DNA from: an uncultured virus (IMG/VR IMGVR_UViG_3300009838_000017)
Lineage: Duplodnaviria; Heunggongvirae; Uroviricota; Caudoviricetes
IMG/VR virus record: IMGVR_UViG_3300009838_000017
Coordinates: 62,001-126,000 of that record
Direction: 5' to 3' (one strand)
Length of the DNA: 64,000 bases
Under the pieces are notes generated by a model. The model did not search any database. It saw only the letters and a program-made list of their open reading frames with translations, and was not told where the DNA came from. How positions within the stretch are numbered: the stretch's first letter is position 1; the number at the start of each line of letters is the position of its first letter. Shown here piece after piece: positions 28,496-39,106 of the stretch. The position numbers and the translations under genes were made by a program.

Positions 28496-29617
28496 TCAGT
28501 AGTTTCGGACGGCCTTCGTGATGGCGTCCTGTTGGGTTGACCCAAGCAAGTCCTGAGGGAGTGGGATCCGAAGACCTCGGGAGAACTGGATCGGTCGAAA
28601 GGACCGATTTCGCACGGTAACATTCACGAAGAGCACCGTGGGGTCCTTCTGGCTCTGTTCGAGGGTGACACTCTGAAGCTGAAAGGGGAACTCTTCGTCC
28701 GAGACGGGCTGCCCTACGTTGTCCTCCTGCTGCTTCTTGATGCTCTGCCACCGACTGAAGGTGGTCTGAATGTCGGAGACGATCTTGTTCTGGATGAGAC
28801 CCCCGACGATGAGCTTCTGCCCGATCTGCTCGATGATGGTGGTCCCATACCAAGGGTGGAACGGGTTTGACCCTCGAACGGTGTACAGAACCTTCTGAAG
28901 CTCCTGCATGAGCAGGTCTTCTTTGGAGGACTTGACAACATCCCCACCATTTGTGTAGCGCCAGTCGTTCTCGATCCCAAGACCGCCACACCTACGGCAC
29001 TCCTCACGGACTGTCGTGTAGTTCACCTCAACAAAGTGGGTGTCAGCAGCGAGGGGCTCATCGAAGATAATCATCCGAAGAGGGCGAGTGCTCACCGTAT
29101 TCGGGTAGTTCACCAGGGACCATCCAGGGAAGGTCCTCTTCCCTCGGTACTCTCGGTTGACCTTGATGCCCAGGGCAGTCGCAAGGGTGCTGTCTTGGTG
29201 GATGAAAACAGTGCTGTCCCGCCCACTCAGGTTGGTCTTGAACTTGACGAGGTTCCCGTCAGCAAAGAAGCTGAGTCCAGACACCTGAGCTGAGATCAGG
29301 TCCGCCAGTCTTTTTGCTGACAAACGAACTGACGGGGGGATCACAACACTCTGCCACTCTCCGCTATTCACCCGAAGCCGCATCAGGTCATTCACCCCCA
29401 ACTTGATGGTGAATGGACCTTCTCTCGTCCCCCCTGAGCTTGCAGGGATGTCCACCCCATAGGAAGGGACCTCGGTCATGCCATCGACCCGCAAGACCAC
29501 TGAGTTTGAGGCAGAGATGGGACGCATGGGGATAACCCGCATCCGGTCTGTCGGATAGAGGAACTCCTCGACAACGAGGTGGGGGCACAACTGGTCAATC
29601 TGACGGTCGTAGCTCAT
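28496..29617 (-). CDS. Baseplate wedge protein with C-terminal gp25/gpW-like domain, 373 aa
   Basis: LMQELQKVLYTVRGSNPFHPWYGT and DPTVLFVNVTV; directly upstream of the J-like gene. Confidence 0.8.
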   Translation of the reverse strand: MSYDRQIDQLCPHLVVEEFLYPTDRMRVIPMRPISASNSVVLRVDGMTEVPSYGVDIPASSGGTREGPFTIKLGVNDLMRLRVNSGEWQSVVIPPSVRLSAKRLADLISAQVSGLSFFADGNLVKFKTNLSGRDSTVFIHQDSTLATALGIKVNREYRGKRTFPGWSLVNYPNTVSTRPLRMIIFDEPLAADTHFVEVNYTTVREECRRCGGLGIENDWRYTNGGDVVKSSKEDLLMQELQKVLYTVRGSNPFHPWYGTTIIEQIGQKLIVGGLIQNKIVSDIQTTFSRWQSIKKQQEDNVGQPVSDEEFPFQLQSVTLEQSQKDPTVLFVNVTVRNRSFRPIQFSRGLRIPLPQDLLGSTQQDAITKAVRNY

Positions 29618-30366
29618 GCGACTTCCCCTTCACCAGAGATGACCACCCCAGCTCCGGTTCGTTCGACAACCAGGCCATCGGCTCCAGACCGGTCACCACC
29701 AGAGTCGTAGGAGGACATTGGGGCATAGATCAACTTCCCGAATGGGTCGGCACCCTTGTCGTCCGAGATAGCTCGGTAGCTTGGGTCGGTGAACAAACTC
29801 CCCACTGAAGCAATCAAGTTCTCCAGGGACCCTTCGGTCTCAACCGACTGTTTGATCTTCTTCAGAAGATCGATCTCTTCTTGGAGCTGGTCGGAGTAGT
29901 CCACAGCCCTTCGGACCTTGCGCTCAAGACGGTCAAGACGGTCGATCCCATCCTCCATCCAGGCTCGGATGCCCCTGACTGCATTCCCCGAGGGGGCATC
30001 GGAGAGCCCCTGCTGAGGGATAGGCTCCCCGTTGGACATGACCTTGGAGGTCGCTACCTCGTCCCCCTTCAAGTAGTACACAGGGTCAGACTTGGACCTC
30101 ATCTGAAGGTCGTAGAACGGGTCCCCACCCATGACCTCGTAGGCAGCCATGAGCTTTCCGATGTAGGTGTTGAACCCAGGTGATCCGGTAAGATAGGAGG
30201 TCGGCTTTCCGGCTGGGTCAAAGGCGAACTTCAGGAAACCGACCCTCTGCTGTTCCATGGTCAGGTGCAGGATGCGGGCATCCACGTATGCAAGGCGATC
30301 CCTTGCATACGCAGCAAGCCTCTCAAACTGGCTTTTGTTGAAAGTCCCTAGAAAATCGAATGGCAT
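29614..30366 (-). CDS. Hypothetical baseplate-region protein with coiled coil, 250 aa
   Basis: ORF coupled by ATGA overlap to the gp25-like gene. Confidence 0.7.
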   Translation of the reverse strand: MPFDFLGTFNKSQFERLAAYARDRLAYVDARILHLTMEQQRVGFLKFAFDPAGKPTSYLTGSPGFNTYIGKLMAAYEVMGGDPFYDLQMRSKSDPVYYLKGDEVATSKVMSNGEPIPQQGLSDAPSGNAVRGIRAWMEDGIDRLDRLERKVRRAVDYSDQLQEEIDLLKKIKQSVETEGSLENLIASVGSLFTDPSYRAISDDKGADPFGKLIYAPMSSYDSGGDRSGADGLVVERTGAGVVISGEGEVA

Positions 30367-30385
30367 CCTAGCTACCCGCCCCCCA

Positions 30386-32587
30386 TTAGAAGATCAGGCT
30401 GAATGCAGCAGCGAAGGCGTCCACGTTCGTCCCTGAGTAGGCGAGGGCAATTCCAGCCGAATAGCCTCCTGGACCAGACGGAGGTGGTGTGCCCCCAGCA
30501 TTATCCACCGCCTCAATCCACCCTGGGATGCCCTTGTCCGTGTTTGGGACGTTCAGGAAGTAGAAGCCAGCAGAAAACGAGTCCAGATAGTTCAACAGCT
30601 CGATCAGGTACTTGATGAACCGCTCAAGAGTGTCGATCTTCCGGATGAGAGTGTCGATGAATGCCTTGATCTCGTCAATGGCTGACTTGAAAGCGTCAAC
30701 TAGAGCCTCAATCCGGTTGAGCAGGTCGTAGATGAACTGCCCGCTCCACGGGATGATGTCTCGTAGGAGACTGATCGAGATCCAGTCAGGAGGGGTCCCA
30801 CCAAGAGTGAAGCTCTTGATGAAGCGAACGGCCGACAACAAGTCGAGTCGAGTGTTCTGGTCGGAGAAGGCTGCCGCATAGGTGATGTAGACTTCCTGGT
30901 GATACTGCTTGGGGAAGTCGTCTGGGATCTTGTTGAAGGCGTAGACCACGTCCTTGAGGGTCGAGCATCCTGCAAGGTTGCCCTCAGATGGGACTGGAAG
31001 AGCCAACGTGGTGGTGAAAAGGTCTCGTAGGGGGACCAGCATGTTGCTGTTCTCAAGGAGAGAAGAGCCAACTGCATCTGCCAACCTTGCGGAGTGAGCC
31101 TTCACCGAGAAGAAGTTGTGTGTGACATCTGGGTACTCCCCAGATGTTGGGTCTGGTGTGACTTCAGAGATGCCCTTGTCACTGAAAGCCACACCTCCAA
31201 CGGTACCTGCTGCCATCGAGGTGGACTTCGGGTTCACGAAGCCCAAAGTGACCGCCGGGATGATCTGAGACAATGGACCCCCGAGTCCAGACAAGGTACC
31301 CTTTCCAATCTCGGTGGCCGGGGTGTCCCCCGTGTTCTTCCCGTTCTCGTCAAAGGTCGAGGTCGGGGCCAGCTCCAGGTGGAACCCCAGGGCGAAAGCC
31401 ATCCGGAAGGTGTACTGGAGGACCGTGATGACATCGAAATCCGGAGGGATGTTCGGAATCCGGCCCGTGACCGTTGGGCTCGGCTTGCCCATCACCACCG
31501 GGTCGTTGGGGTCCTTGGTGGGCCACCTCTGGATCCACTCGTTCTTCGAGGTGTCAAAGATCGGGTCGTCCAGCTCGATGGTGCCGTCAGACCCTACCTT
31601 CAACGGGCCGCTGAAGGCTCGAACCCGATACTGATAGGTCTTGTTCTTCTCCACCTCTTTGTCGATGTAGCGGAACGTGCCAAGCTGACCCAGAAGGAAC
31701 GTAGCGGTAGCCGTTGAGGGGTCGATGACGATGTACTTCTCAAACTTCCGGAAGTAGTCACCATTCTCGTCACGGACCTTGATCTTCCTCTTGACCGGCT
31801 TGCCCTTCTTGGTCTCGAAGTTGGTCTGAGCGTCCAGAGTCACCGTAACTGGCCCAGCAGGATTGCTGGTCTTTTCGATGATCCACTTCTGGGGGATCAT
31901 CTCGCTTGCCACCGTGCCTACAAGGTCATGGAACCCAGGGTCAGGGGGGAACTGGTTGGTAGCCAGCGTCCACTCGATGGCGATACCGTTCAGGGTGGCA
32001 CCAAAGACCGAGGCCACCTGGAGGATTGGGTCGTAGTCCGTCCCGCCCATGGCCTTGGGCTTCTTGCCAGCAGGGAAGGCTTTCACGTTGGCTGGGGCCG
32101 TGTACTTGGCCGAGAGAAGCTCCTTCCCGAAGAACCGAAGGAGGATCTTGATGAGCCGAAGAAGACCGAAGACGGCTTGAGCGTCCGCAACGATGAGAAC
32201 GAACCCGCTCTGGTTGATGTTCGGAAGAGGTTGAGGGCGGAATGGGTCTTTGGGGTCGAAGAGGCTTGCCTTGAACCGGTTCACGAAGGCTTGGTAGCCC
32301 CCCTTCCACCGGTCGAAGTTCGGGTCCTGAGCCGGGTTCGGGATGTCGAACCACCCGAAGAGCCCAGTCCTCTTCAAGCTCTCGAAGAGCTGCATGATGA
32401 GCTTCAGGAGGGCTTCGACGATTGGACGGATCGGGTTCCCGAAGTCGATGAGAAACAGGCTGATCGTCTCAAGGAGGGCCTTGATGATCTCCATAAAGGT
32501 GACAAGCGCTTCCAGGGCGCTCCTCACCTGTTCGAGCAAGTCCTTGCCCGGAATCTTGATCTCTAGGGCCTTCCACTCTGACGCCAT
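30386..32587 (-). CDS. Baseplate-region protein with terminal helical bundles and an FN3-like segment, 733 aa
   Basis: Amphipathic helices at both ends; YIDKEVEKNKTYQYRVRA is an FN3-like motif. Confidence 0.65.
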   Translation of the reverse strand: MASEWKALEIKIPGKDLLEQVRSALEALVTFMEIIKALLETISLFLIDFGNPIRPIVEALLKLIMQLFESLKRTGLFGWFDIPNPAQDPNFDRWKGGYQAFVNRFKASLFDPKDPFRPQPLPNINQSGFVLIVADAQAVFGLLRLIKILLRFFGKELLSAKYTAPANVKAFPAGKKPKAMGGTDYDPILQVASVFGATLNGIAIEWTLATNQFPPDPGFHDLVGTVASEMIPQKWIIEKTSNPAGPVTVTLDAQTNFETKKGKPVKRKIKVRDENGDYFRKFEKYIVIDPSTATATFLLGQLGTFRYIDKEVEKNKTYQYRVRAFSGPLKVGSDGTIELDDPIFDTSKNEWIQRWPTKDPNDPVVMGKPSPTVTGRIPNIPPDFDVITVLQYTFRMAFALGFHLELAPTSTFDENGKNTGDTPATEIGKGTLSGLGGPLSQIIPAVTLGFVNPKSTSMAAGTVGGVAFSDKGISEVTPDPTSGEYPDVTHNFFSVKAHSARLADAVGSSLLENSNMLVPLRDLFTTTLALPVPSEGNLAGCSTLKDVVYAFNKIPDDFPKQYHQEVYITYAAAFSDQNTRLDLLSAVRFIKSFTLGGTPPDWISISLLRDIIPWSGQFIYDLLNRIEALVDAFKSAIDEIKAFIDTLIRKIDTLERFIKYLIELLNYLDSFSAGFYFLNVPNTDKGIPGWIEAVDNAGGTPPPSGPGGYSAGIALAYSGTNVDAFAAAFSLIF

Positions 32588-32590
32588 GTT

Positions 32591-32797
32591 TCAGCTCCCG
32601 TAGGTCAAACGTTCGAGCTTGCGGCGTAGGCCCTCAAGCTCCAACTCCGTTGCCTGCTTGGTCAGGTTCACAACCTTCTTCATCTCTCGGACGATGCCGA
32701 ACTCTTCCTTGTACTCCCAAGAGGCTTTGACCGGTTCTTCCGGGGTAGCGGTGTCGGTCCCAGGTGTCGATTCATCTGATTTGGTCTCATCCGTCAT
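32591..32797 (-). CDS. Small coiled-coil hypothetical protein, 68 aa
   Basis: GAGG RBS; fills the gap between neighbours. Confidence 0.6.
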   Translation of the reverse strand: MTDETKSDESTPGTDTATPEEPVKASWEYKEEFGIVREMKKVVNLTKQATELELEGLRRKLERLTYGS

Positions 32798-32804
32798 GAT
32801 GACC

Positions 32805-35800
32805 TCATTGAACTGCCAAGAGCTTGATGAGCTGGTTGAGGGTGTCGGTCTGAGCCTTGACTCGCTCTGCTGCCGCCCGCTGTTGCTTTACCAGAAGCCC
32901 CTTCTCCAAGTTGATCCGAGCATCAATCCAGGTGTACCTCTTGTCATAGAGGCGATCCCCAGAAGCCAGGATGGTCTCTAGGTCGGTGATTGCCGTAGGG
33001 ATGCTGGATTGACGAAGGGTCACGTCTGAATACCAGCTCGTGATGCTGTCAGGAAGGAACCCTCGGGCGAAGTAGCTGGAATCTGAACTACCCGAAGGGC
33101 CGAGAACAGGGATGCTTGTGGCGGCAAGGGCCTGCCAGGCTATGGGCTTCTGGACGAAGTCGTAGGCTGCCTTCCGAATCTCGTAGACGGTCCTCAGAGA
33201 CTTCTCGACCACACCAAAGGCACTGGCAACCCGGAAGGTCACGCCACCTGGAGAAGGGGGATCCTTGACCTTCAGGACAGACGAGCTGACTACCGAAGTG
33301 ACCAGGAACAACCCGGCACTCCCCTGAGGGTAGGGGGCATAGACGTAGTCCCCGGCCTGGACGTTGTGGGTGACGAAGTCTACCCCACCAGCCCCCGTGA
33401 GGGTGTCCCCCGAGAAGGTCCCCGCAACTGAGCCAGGGAATCGGTCGGTGAACACGCTGTTGAAGAAGGCGTCCGCTGAAGCGATCTCACTGTTCGGGTT
33501 AGTGGATAGAATCTGAACCAACCCACCTGCTGAGGCAGCCAGCTCTGCCAACCGATCCTTGTAGCTGAAGGTGTTGAGAGGGCGACAGATCCGGTAGGTC
33601 TCTGGAATGACTATCCCAGTGAAAGCATAGTCCACAACAAGCTGGGTCTCGGAGAGAACTGCTACCACCTGGCGTCGCTGGTACTTCGAGTTCAGGTGAG
33701 AGGAGTTGGTCAGGACCACCGTGTCACCTGGTTGAATCCCAAGGGACTGGAAGGTTGCGGTGAGGTCCGTGAGCGTGACCCCAGACATGACCGAGAAGGA
33801 GCCCACCCTTAGGTTGGGGGCTGTAGTGACAAGGAACTGGAACCCAGTGGTCGGCCTTGTTCCCAGAGCATTCTCAAAGAACAGAGAGTTGGCCCCCACC
33901 GAGGTAATCCGGTGGAAAGATGAGGGGCCGTTGGCTCCATCAAGGATCCTGACCAAGTCCCCTGGCTGAGGAACCGGGGCTGGGAACGTCCCGGAGGCAA
34001 GGGTGATTGTTGTCCCGAGGGAGTCGAGGTTCCCCACCCCGACAAAGGGCACCGGCAAGGCTCCCAGAACCCCGCTAGGAGCCACGTACTTCAACTGGAT
34101 GTCGAAGTACCCAGACCCACCAGAGTTGTTCTCACAGGTCATTGAGGGGCCAATAAGGGGTATCCTTTGGTCCCCGGAGTCATCGAACGCCTGACCGTAG
34201 AGAGCTGGGATCTTCTTGGGAGCGGTCAGCCCGTTGGACATTGAAACGGTGCCCTGAAGAAGCTCGTTCTTGTTCGGAGGCTGGACGCAGAGCTGCTCTG
34301 GGATCAGCGGAACCGAACCATCGAAGGGGAAGTAGGGCTTGATGTAGAGGAGGTACCCCTTCTCGTTGTCAAACGAGACATCCATCCCAACTCGGTAGCT
34401 CTTCTGGTAGCTGTCATCCTTCTCTCCCAGGTAGACAGTTGCCCCAGCGGGCACATCCGAGGGGAGAGCCCCTACGATGAGGCTGGTCGGACTCACAGAC
34501 CCAACGGTCAGGGGTGCGCTCTGGGGCACGTAGAAGGTCCCGGCTGCATCCTGGATGACCACCTTCATCCCACCCGAGAAAGCTGGTCGATAGGGTGGCT
34601 GGTCCACTGCTGCCGTCGAGTCCACGTAGAGTGTCGTCTCACCGGCCTTGGCAGGACGAATGACCCGAGCCCGAGGGACCCGGCGGTAGACGGTTGGATC
34701 CGATCCGATGATGTTCTTGGCCTCGAAGTCCACAAGCTGGGCTCCCGTCCCAGCATTGTCATCCTTCCCAGTGAGCGTCTTTCCCACCCCAGTCTTCCGC
34801 ATCGGATAGAAGCGGCTCTGGGCTCCGGGCTGGTAGGCTTTGATGTAGGTCCCGATGAAGGTCAGTGACGGGTTGAATGTGATCGGGAAGGGTGAGACCT
34901 GGACCTGGTCGTCAATCTGGTTGTTTGCCAGGGTAAAGTCAGTGACAGTGGACCCTAGTGTCCCATCGAACCTGAACTTCCCGTCCCAGTCCCCGACCAC
35001 ACGCCCATCGAGGTTCCAGAGGATGTCCTCCAGAGTGTTGATGGTGTCGTTGTAGTTCTTGAGGACCGTTCGAGCGATGATATCCTCGTTGACCAAGGCC
35101 CCCTCATCGAAGAACACGGACTTCTGCCCCTGCTCGTAGAGCTTGGGCTGAGAAGCATTGCTCACCCGAGGCCCGCTGGAAGGAACCGAAGCCTTGGCAT
35201 CGTCCTTGTACTTCTTGGCTACCTCTCCCCGGTAGTTGGTCATGGTCTCCACCCGGAAGTAGAAAGAATCCGGGATGAAAGTCGTGAAGCTACTGACGAG
35301 GATCTGATTCACCAGACCGTTGTCAGCGTTGGGAGAGATGGTGTGCGTGTAGGACGACCGAAGCTGGCCCGGCTGAATGCTCCTGAACTTCGTGTACAGG
35401 ATTGAGAACTCCTCCCCGTGAGCCAAAGGCTCAGTGAACTCCAGCTTTCCGGAGTCATCGAGCTTGAAGTCCGTGGGGGAGGAGAGGACAGTCCCCGGAG
35501 ACCCATCGGTTCTTCGGTACACGATGACCGTGTCGATCAGCTTGTTGGGAGGGCTCCCAGAGGGGGCTGGTGGTACCGTGGGGGAAGATGCCGTCTGGAC
35601 CTTCGTGGTGGATGCCTCATAGATGGGGCGAACCGACCTACGCATAACGCACTGGCCGAAAGAATACTGGCGTGCGGTAGACTGAGTGAAGGTAAGCTCT
35701 GTCCTATCTGACTTGGCATCATAGGCCACGCCAGAGATCAAGTAGAACTCGCTGTAGTTGACAGAGTCCAGCGTCCCAGAGAAGTTGACCACAACCCCAG

Positions 35801-38800
35801 TTCGATAGGCGGAGGTCTTGTCACCGTAGACCTTCACCTTGGACATGCCCCGAGGGGTGCTCTCGAAGGTCGCTACTTCCGGAACAAAGTACCCTGGGGA
35901 CAAGAAGATCGATGCAACCCTGGTAGCCCCAGAGGACAGGAAGAGCTTTGGGTTGGTGAAGGAGTCCCTGAACTTCTGGCCCACTGCCAAGTTGACCGTG
36001 GTGAGCCCAGTACCCGCATCATAGGTGGGGGTCCCGAGGTAGTAGAGCTGCTCGGTTTCCACCCTGAAGAGGTAGTTGGCTGGGAAGTCTGCTCTCCGGT
36101 CACCCTTGATGGTGAAGCTGGTGGCCCCCTCAGTGATCTGGACGGGTGAGACCAGGAAGGGAGGCTTGGTGACGGTGATTGTGTTCTCACCCCCAAGGGC
36201 CTCGTAGATGTTGTAGTCGATGTAGACCCGCTCATCAGGGCCAATCTGAGCCCCATGAGGGAGCGCATCTGTGACCCGGAGCGCTCCTCCAGGGGTAGGG
36301 ATCAAGTCTGGGAGGAAGGTGATCGTGGAGCTTCCAGTATTCACCACCACCTGGGTATCGTCTTGTGGGCGACCCCCACGGAATACCACCGGGGCTGGGA
36401 CGGTAGCCACGGTCCTCCCCTTCTTGTTGAAGGGGATGCTTGAGGTGATCGCTGTGTGCTCGGTCAGTTCCTTCCGAACAAGGAACACCCCACGCTCAAC
36501 GGTGATTACCAATGGGGTCACCGTGGGGTCAGGATTGTCATCCGAAGCTGGATAGGTCACCAGCAACTCGTCCATGGACAAGAGCCGCTCGGTGAGCTGG
36601 AACATCCCCAGCTCTGCACTGATTCTGTAGTCTTTTCCGCTAGTTAGCGCCCAGACCCAGTAGACCTGAGGGGCCAGGGACACATCGGATGGTGAGAAGT
36701 TGAGGTTCCCAGTGGCTAGGCTGACCTCGACCACTCCCTGGGCAAGGGTAGTGAAGTCCGCATCCGTGGCAACCTGGTTCACCTGGGTCGAGAATCGGTC
36801 AGTCCCGAACCTGAACCTGGAGACCGAGGCCAGAGCCTTGTTGATGTTCAGTCGAGTCGAGTTGGAGCAGACCCCCAAAATCCGGATCTTCTCCAGCTTG
36901 GTGTTGGGGTCAGCAACCGAGACCTCCTCGAAGAACCGGTCTGCAAGGACCTCCCGGTCCTGACGGATCTCGTAACTGACCCCTGTAGCAAAGACAGGAA
37001 GAGCAGGGGTAAAGGTCAAGTGGGTTGAGTCAGACACCCCCGTGACGGTGTAGACTCCCTTGATCTCCTCAGAGGCCGTCCCCGAGTAGATGAACAAGAG
37101 ACTGTTGTCCGGGATAGAGCTGAAATCCACGCTGTTGTCGTGAAGGGTTCCCAAAGACAGGGACGAGACCGAACCTCCGGCGCTAGCCAAGAGAAGTGTT
37201 CCCACCTCATCCACGAAGGTCAGAACCCCTGAGGTGGGCTCAAGGATGGCGTCCCCAGCATTTGGACCCAGGATAGGCTCCTCCCCGACCAAGTGAAGCG
37301 GAAGGTAGCCAGTACCCTGGTCCAGCTCAAACAGAGCAGCGGTTGGGTTGACCAGTGGTTGAAGTGTCCAGGCTCCAGTCACCGAGGGGATTTGGGATAC
37401 TTCGAGGTTCCTCCTGAAGGCGTAGCTGAGCTGCTTCCCCTCGAAGTCGATGGTGTACCCATAGCCCGAGGGTGGGCTGGCTACGTCCAGCCTTGGGAGA
37501 GGTCCCAAGAAGGTCCCGGTCCCCTGCTGGACCTCGTAGTAGGTCGGGTAGGCCGGGTCGTCTATCGGAAGGGTGGGCAAGAAGACAAGAGGTGCCCCAA
37601 TGATGGGGTCGGCCAACCTGGCTTCTTCTGTCGGGTAGAAGGAGGTGAAGTCCTTGGCTGCTGGATTGGTCCCACTCAGGTCCACTGGGGACCGGAAGAA
37701 CCTCATCGACAAACCACGCTCCAAGGGAAGGTCACCTGAGATGGCTTCGACCCTCCACGTCCCGTAGGCAGCCTGGTCTGGGACCGAAAACTGAACGGCC
37801 CCCGACGTGTTGTTCACCTGAACAGTTCCAAAGGCCCCTGGGGGAGTGAACGAGGTCACCCTGGATGTCACTGGGAACTGATGAACCTGAGCTTGCAGCT
37901 CGACCCGGTAGGTAGCCACCATGGTGGCGGGGAAGGGCGGGGCGACAGTGAGTTGATGCTGAGCTACCTGAACCACCTGCCGTCGAAGACCCGAGTAGGG
38001 GCCTCCTGTGATCAGGACCAAGTCACCAGCCTGAACTCCACCCACCAGGAAGTCTACGGAGTTGTCCTCAAGTAGGGAGGTTGAGAGAAGCGTAGCTGTC
38101 CCCGACGGGCAGAACGCTAGATTTACAGCTCGAAAAACAAGGTCCCCACCAGAGGCCGGAAGAGGCGATACGGGCAAAGGACTGCTAACCGAGAGGAGAT
38201 CCTGCTTGGTGAGGCGCTTGCCCTTCTCAAAGAGAACCCCGTCATAGTACACAGGTTCCCCATCGTTCTCAGTCATGTCCGAAGAGTTGAAGTTCACTCT
38301 CCCTGTAGACTGAGCCCACTCGAACGTGCCCTTGGTTGGGTCCACTGAAAAGGACGCCTCATCCGCCACTCGAACTGGGGTCAGGTAAAGCCCAAAGCCA
38401 AATCGAAGGATGGGGGCCTGATAGGTCCCAGCCGTTGGACCCTGCCCCGGAATCGGGTTCAAGAGGATCGGGTCAGTCCCAAGCGTGCCGAGGAGCCCCT
38501 TGGACTCCTTCAGGGTGAAGAACGCCTGCTGCTGGAAGTAGACCTCCTGGCCCAGGTTGGAAACCAGGTCGGAGTCTTTCCAGTTGAGGTTCCCCGTCTC
38601 AAGGCTGAGTTGGGCCTGCCCCGAGGTTGTGATCGTCGTGAAGTCTGCATCAAGCTCAACCAGGGTCACCGTGAAAGTGGTTCCGCTTCCAGTGTTTCCC
38701 ACTGAAAGGCGGAATGGCGCAACGGTGGTAGAGAAAACTGGCTTGGAAGCAACCTTCAGCCGAGTCATGTTGGACTCCAAGCTAAGAGTCCCAAGAAGCT

Positions 38801-39089
38801 GACGTTTCCCACCAGGAAGGGGCCTGAACTTGCCCTCAGCTCCGTCGTAGTCGAACCGTTGGAGCCCTCCCTCGTTCTTGGTCCAACCGAACTCTGCAAC
38901 AGGGAAGTCACCATCAACCAGGACTATGGTCAGGTACTCCGTGCGACCCGGATCTGACTCGTCACTCCCAAACGTAGAGGAATAGGCTGCTGGGTCCGAA
39001 ACGAAGTTGTCCGGGCTCGCTGTGAACGGGCTGTTGGCAGCTCCAACCCGAGGTTTTTCGATGACATAGCCGGTGAGTGAGAAGCCCAT
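32805..39089 (-). CDS. Very large baseplate/virion structural protein, 2094 aa
   Basis: Long ORF with GAGGA RBS; internal repeats (SLETGNLNW, AQSTGRVNF, SLATGNLNF; DF..GVQAGD modules); C-terminal coiled coil. Confidence 0.75.
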   Translation of the reverse strand: MGFSLTGYVIEKPRVGAANSPFTASPDNFVSDPAAYSSTFGSDESDPGRTEYLTIVLVDGDFPVAEFGWTKNEGGLQRFDYDGAEGKFRPLPGGKRQLLGTLSLESNMTRLKVASKPVFSTTVAPFRLSVGNTGSGTTFTVTLVELDADFTTITTSGQAQLSLETGNLNWKDSDLVSNLGQEVYFQQQAFFTLKESKGLLGTLGTDPILLNPIPGQGPTAGTYQAPILRFGFGLYLTPVRVADEASFSVDPTKGTFEWAQSTGRVNFNSSDMTENDGEPVYYDGVLFEKGKRLTKQDLLSVSSPLPVSPLPASGGDLVFRAVNLAFCPSGTATLLSTSLLEDNSVDFLVGGVQAGDLVLITGGPYSGLRRQVVQVAQHQLTVAPPFPATMVATYRVELQAQVHQFPVTSRVTSFTPPGAFGTVQVNNTSGAVQFSVPDQAAYGTWRVEAISGDLPLERGLSMRFFRSPVDLSGTNPAAKDFTSFYPTEEARLADPIIGAPLVFLPTLPIDDPAYPTYYEVQQGTGTFLGPLPRLDVASPPSGYGYTIDFEGKQLSYAFRRNLEVSQIPSVTGAWTLQPLVNPTAALFELDQGTGYLPLHLVGEEPILGPNAGDAILEPTSGVLTFVDEVGTLLLASAGGSVSSLSLGTLHDNSVDFSSIPDNSLLFIYSGTASEEIKGVYTVTGVSDSTHLTFTPALPVFATGVSYEIRQDREVLADRFFEEVSVADPNTKLEKIRILGVCSNSTRLNINKALASVSRFRFGTDRFSTQVNQVATDADFTTLAQGVVEVSLATGNLNFSPSDVSLAPQVYWVWALTSGKDYRISAELGMFQLTERLLSMDELLVTYPASDDNPDPTVTPLVITVERGVFLVRKELTEHTAITSSIPFNKKGRTVATVPAPVVFRGGRPQDDTQVVVNTGSSTITFLPDLIPTPGGALRVTDALPHGAQIGPDERVYIDYNIYEALGGENTITVTKPPFLVSPVQITEGATSFTIKGDRRADFPANYLFRVETEQLYYLGTPTYDAGTGLTTVNLAVGQKFRDSFTNPKLFLSSGATRVASIFLSPGYFVPEVATFESTPRGMSKVKVYGDKTSAYRTGVVVNFSGTLDSVNYSEFYLISGVAYDAKSDRTELTFTQSTARQYSFGQCVMRRSVRPIYEASTTKVQTASSPTVPPAPSGSPPNKLIDTVIVYRRTDGSPGTVLSSPTDFKLDDSGKLEFTEPLAHGEEFSILYTKFRSIQPGQLRSSYTHTISPNADNGLVNQILVSSFTTFIPDSFYFRVETMTNYRGEVAKKYKDDAKASVPSSGPRVSNASQPKLYEQGQKSVFFDEGALVNEDIIARTVLKNYNDTINTLEDILWNLDGRVVGDWDGKFRFDGTLGSTVTDFTLANNQIDDQVQVSPFPITFNPSLTFIGTYIKAYQPGAQSRFYPMRKTGVGKTLTGKDDNAGTGAQLVDFEAKNIIGSDPTVYRRVPRARVIRPAKAGETTLYVDSTAAVDQPPYRPAFSGGMKVVIQDAAGTFYVPQSAPLTVGSVSPTSLIVGALPSDVPAGATVYLGEKDDSYQKSYRVGMDVSFDNEKGYLLYIKPYFPFDGSVPLIPEQLCVQPPNKNELLQGTVSMSNGLTAPKKIPALYGQAFDDSGDQRIPLIGPSMTCENNSGGSGYFDIQLKYVAPSGVLGALPVPFVGVGNLDSLGTTITLASGTFPAPVPQPGDLVRILDGANGPSSFHRITSVGANSLFFENALGTRPTTGFQFLVTTAPNLRVGSFSVMSGVTLTDLTATFQSLGIQPGDTVVLTNSSHLNSKYQRRQVVAVLSETQLVVDYAFTGIVIPETYRICRPLNTFSYKDRLAELAASAGGLVQILSTNPNSEIASADAFFNSVFTDRFPGSVAGTFSGDTLTGAGGVDFVTHNVQAGDYVYAPYPQGSAGLFLVTSVVSSSVLKVKDPPSPGGVTFRVASAFGVVEKSLRTVYEIRKAAYDFVQKPIAWQALAATSIPVLGPSGSSDSSYFARGFLPDSITSWYSDVTLRQSSIPTAITDLETILASGDRLYDKRYTWIDARINLEKGLLVKQQRAAAERVKAQTDTLNQLIKLLAVQ

Positions 39090-39106
39090 CTATTCCTCAT
39101 CTGATC

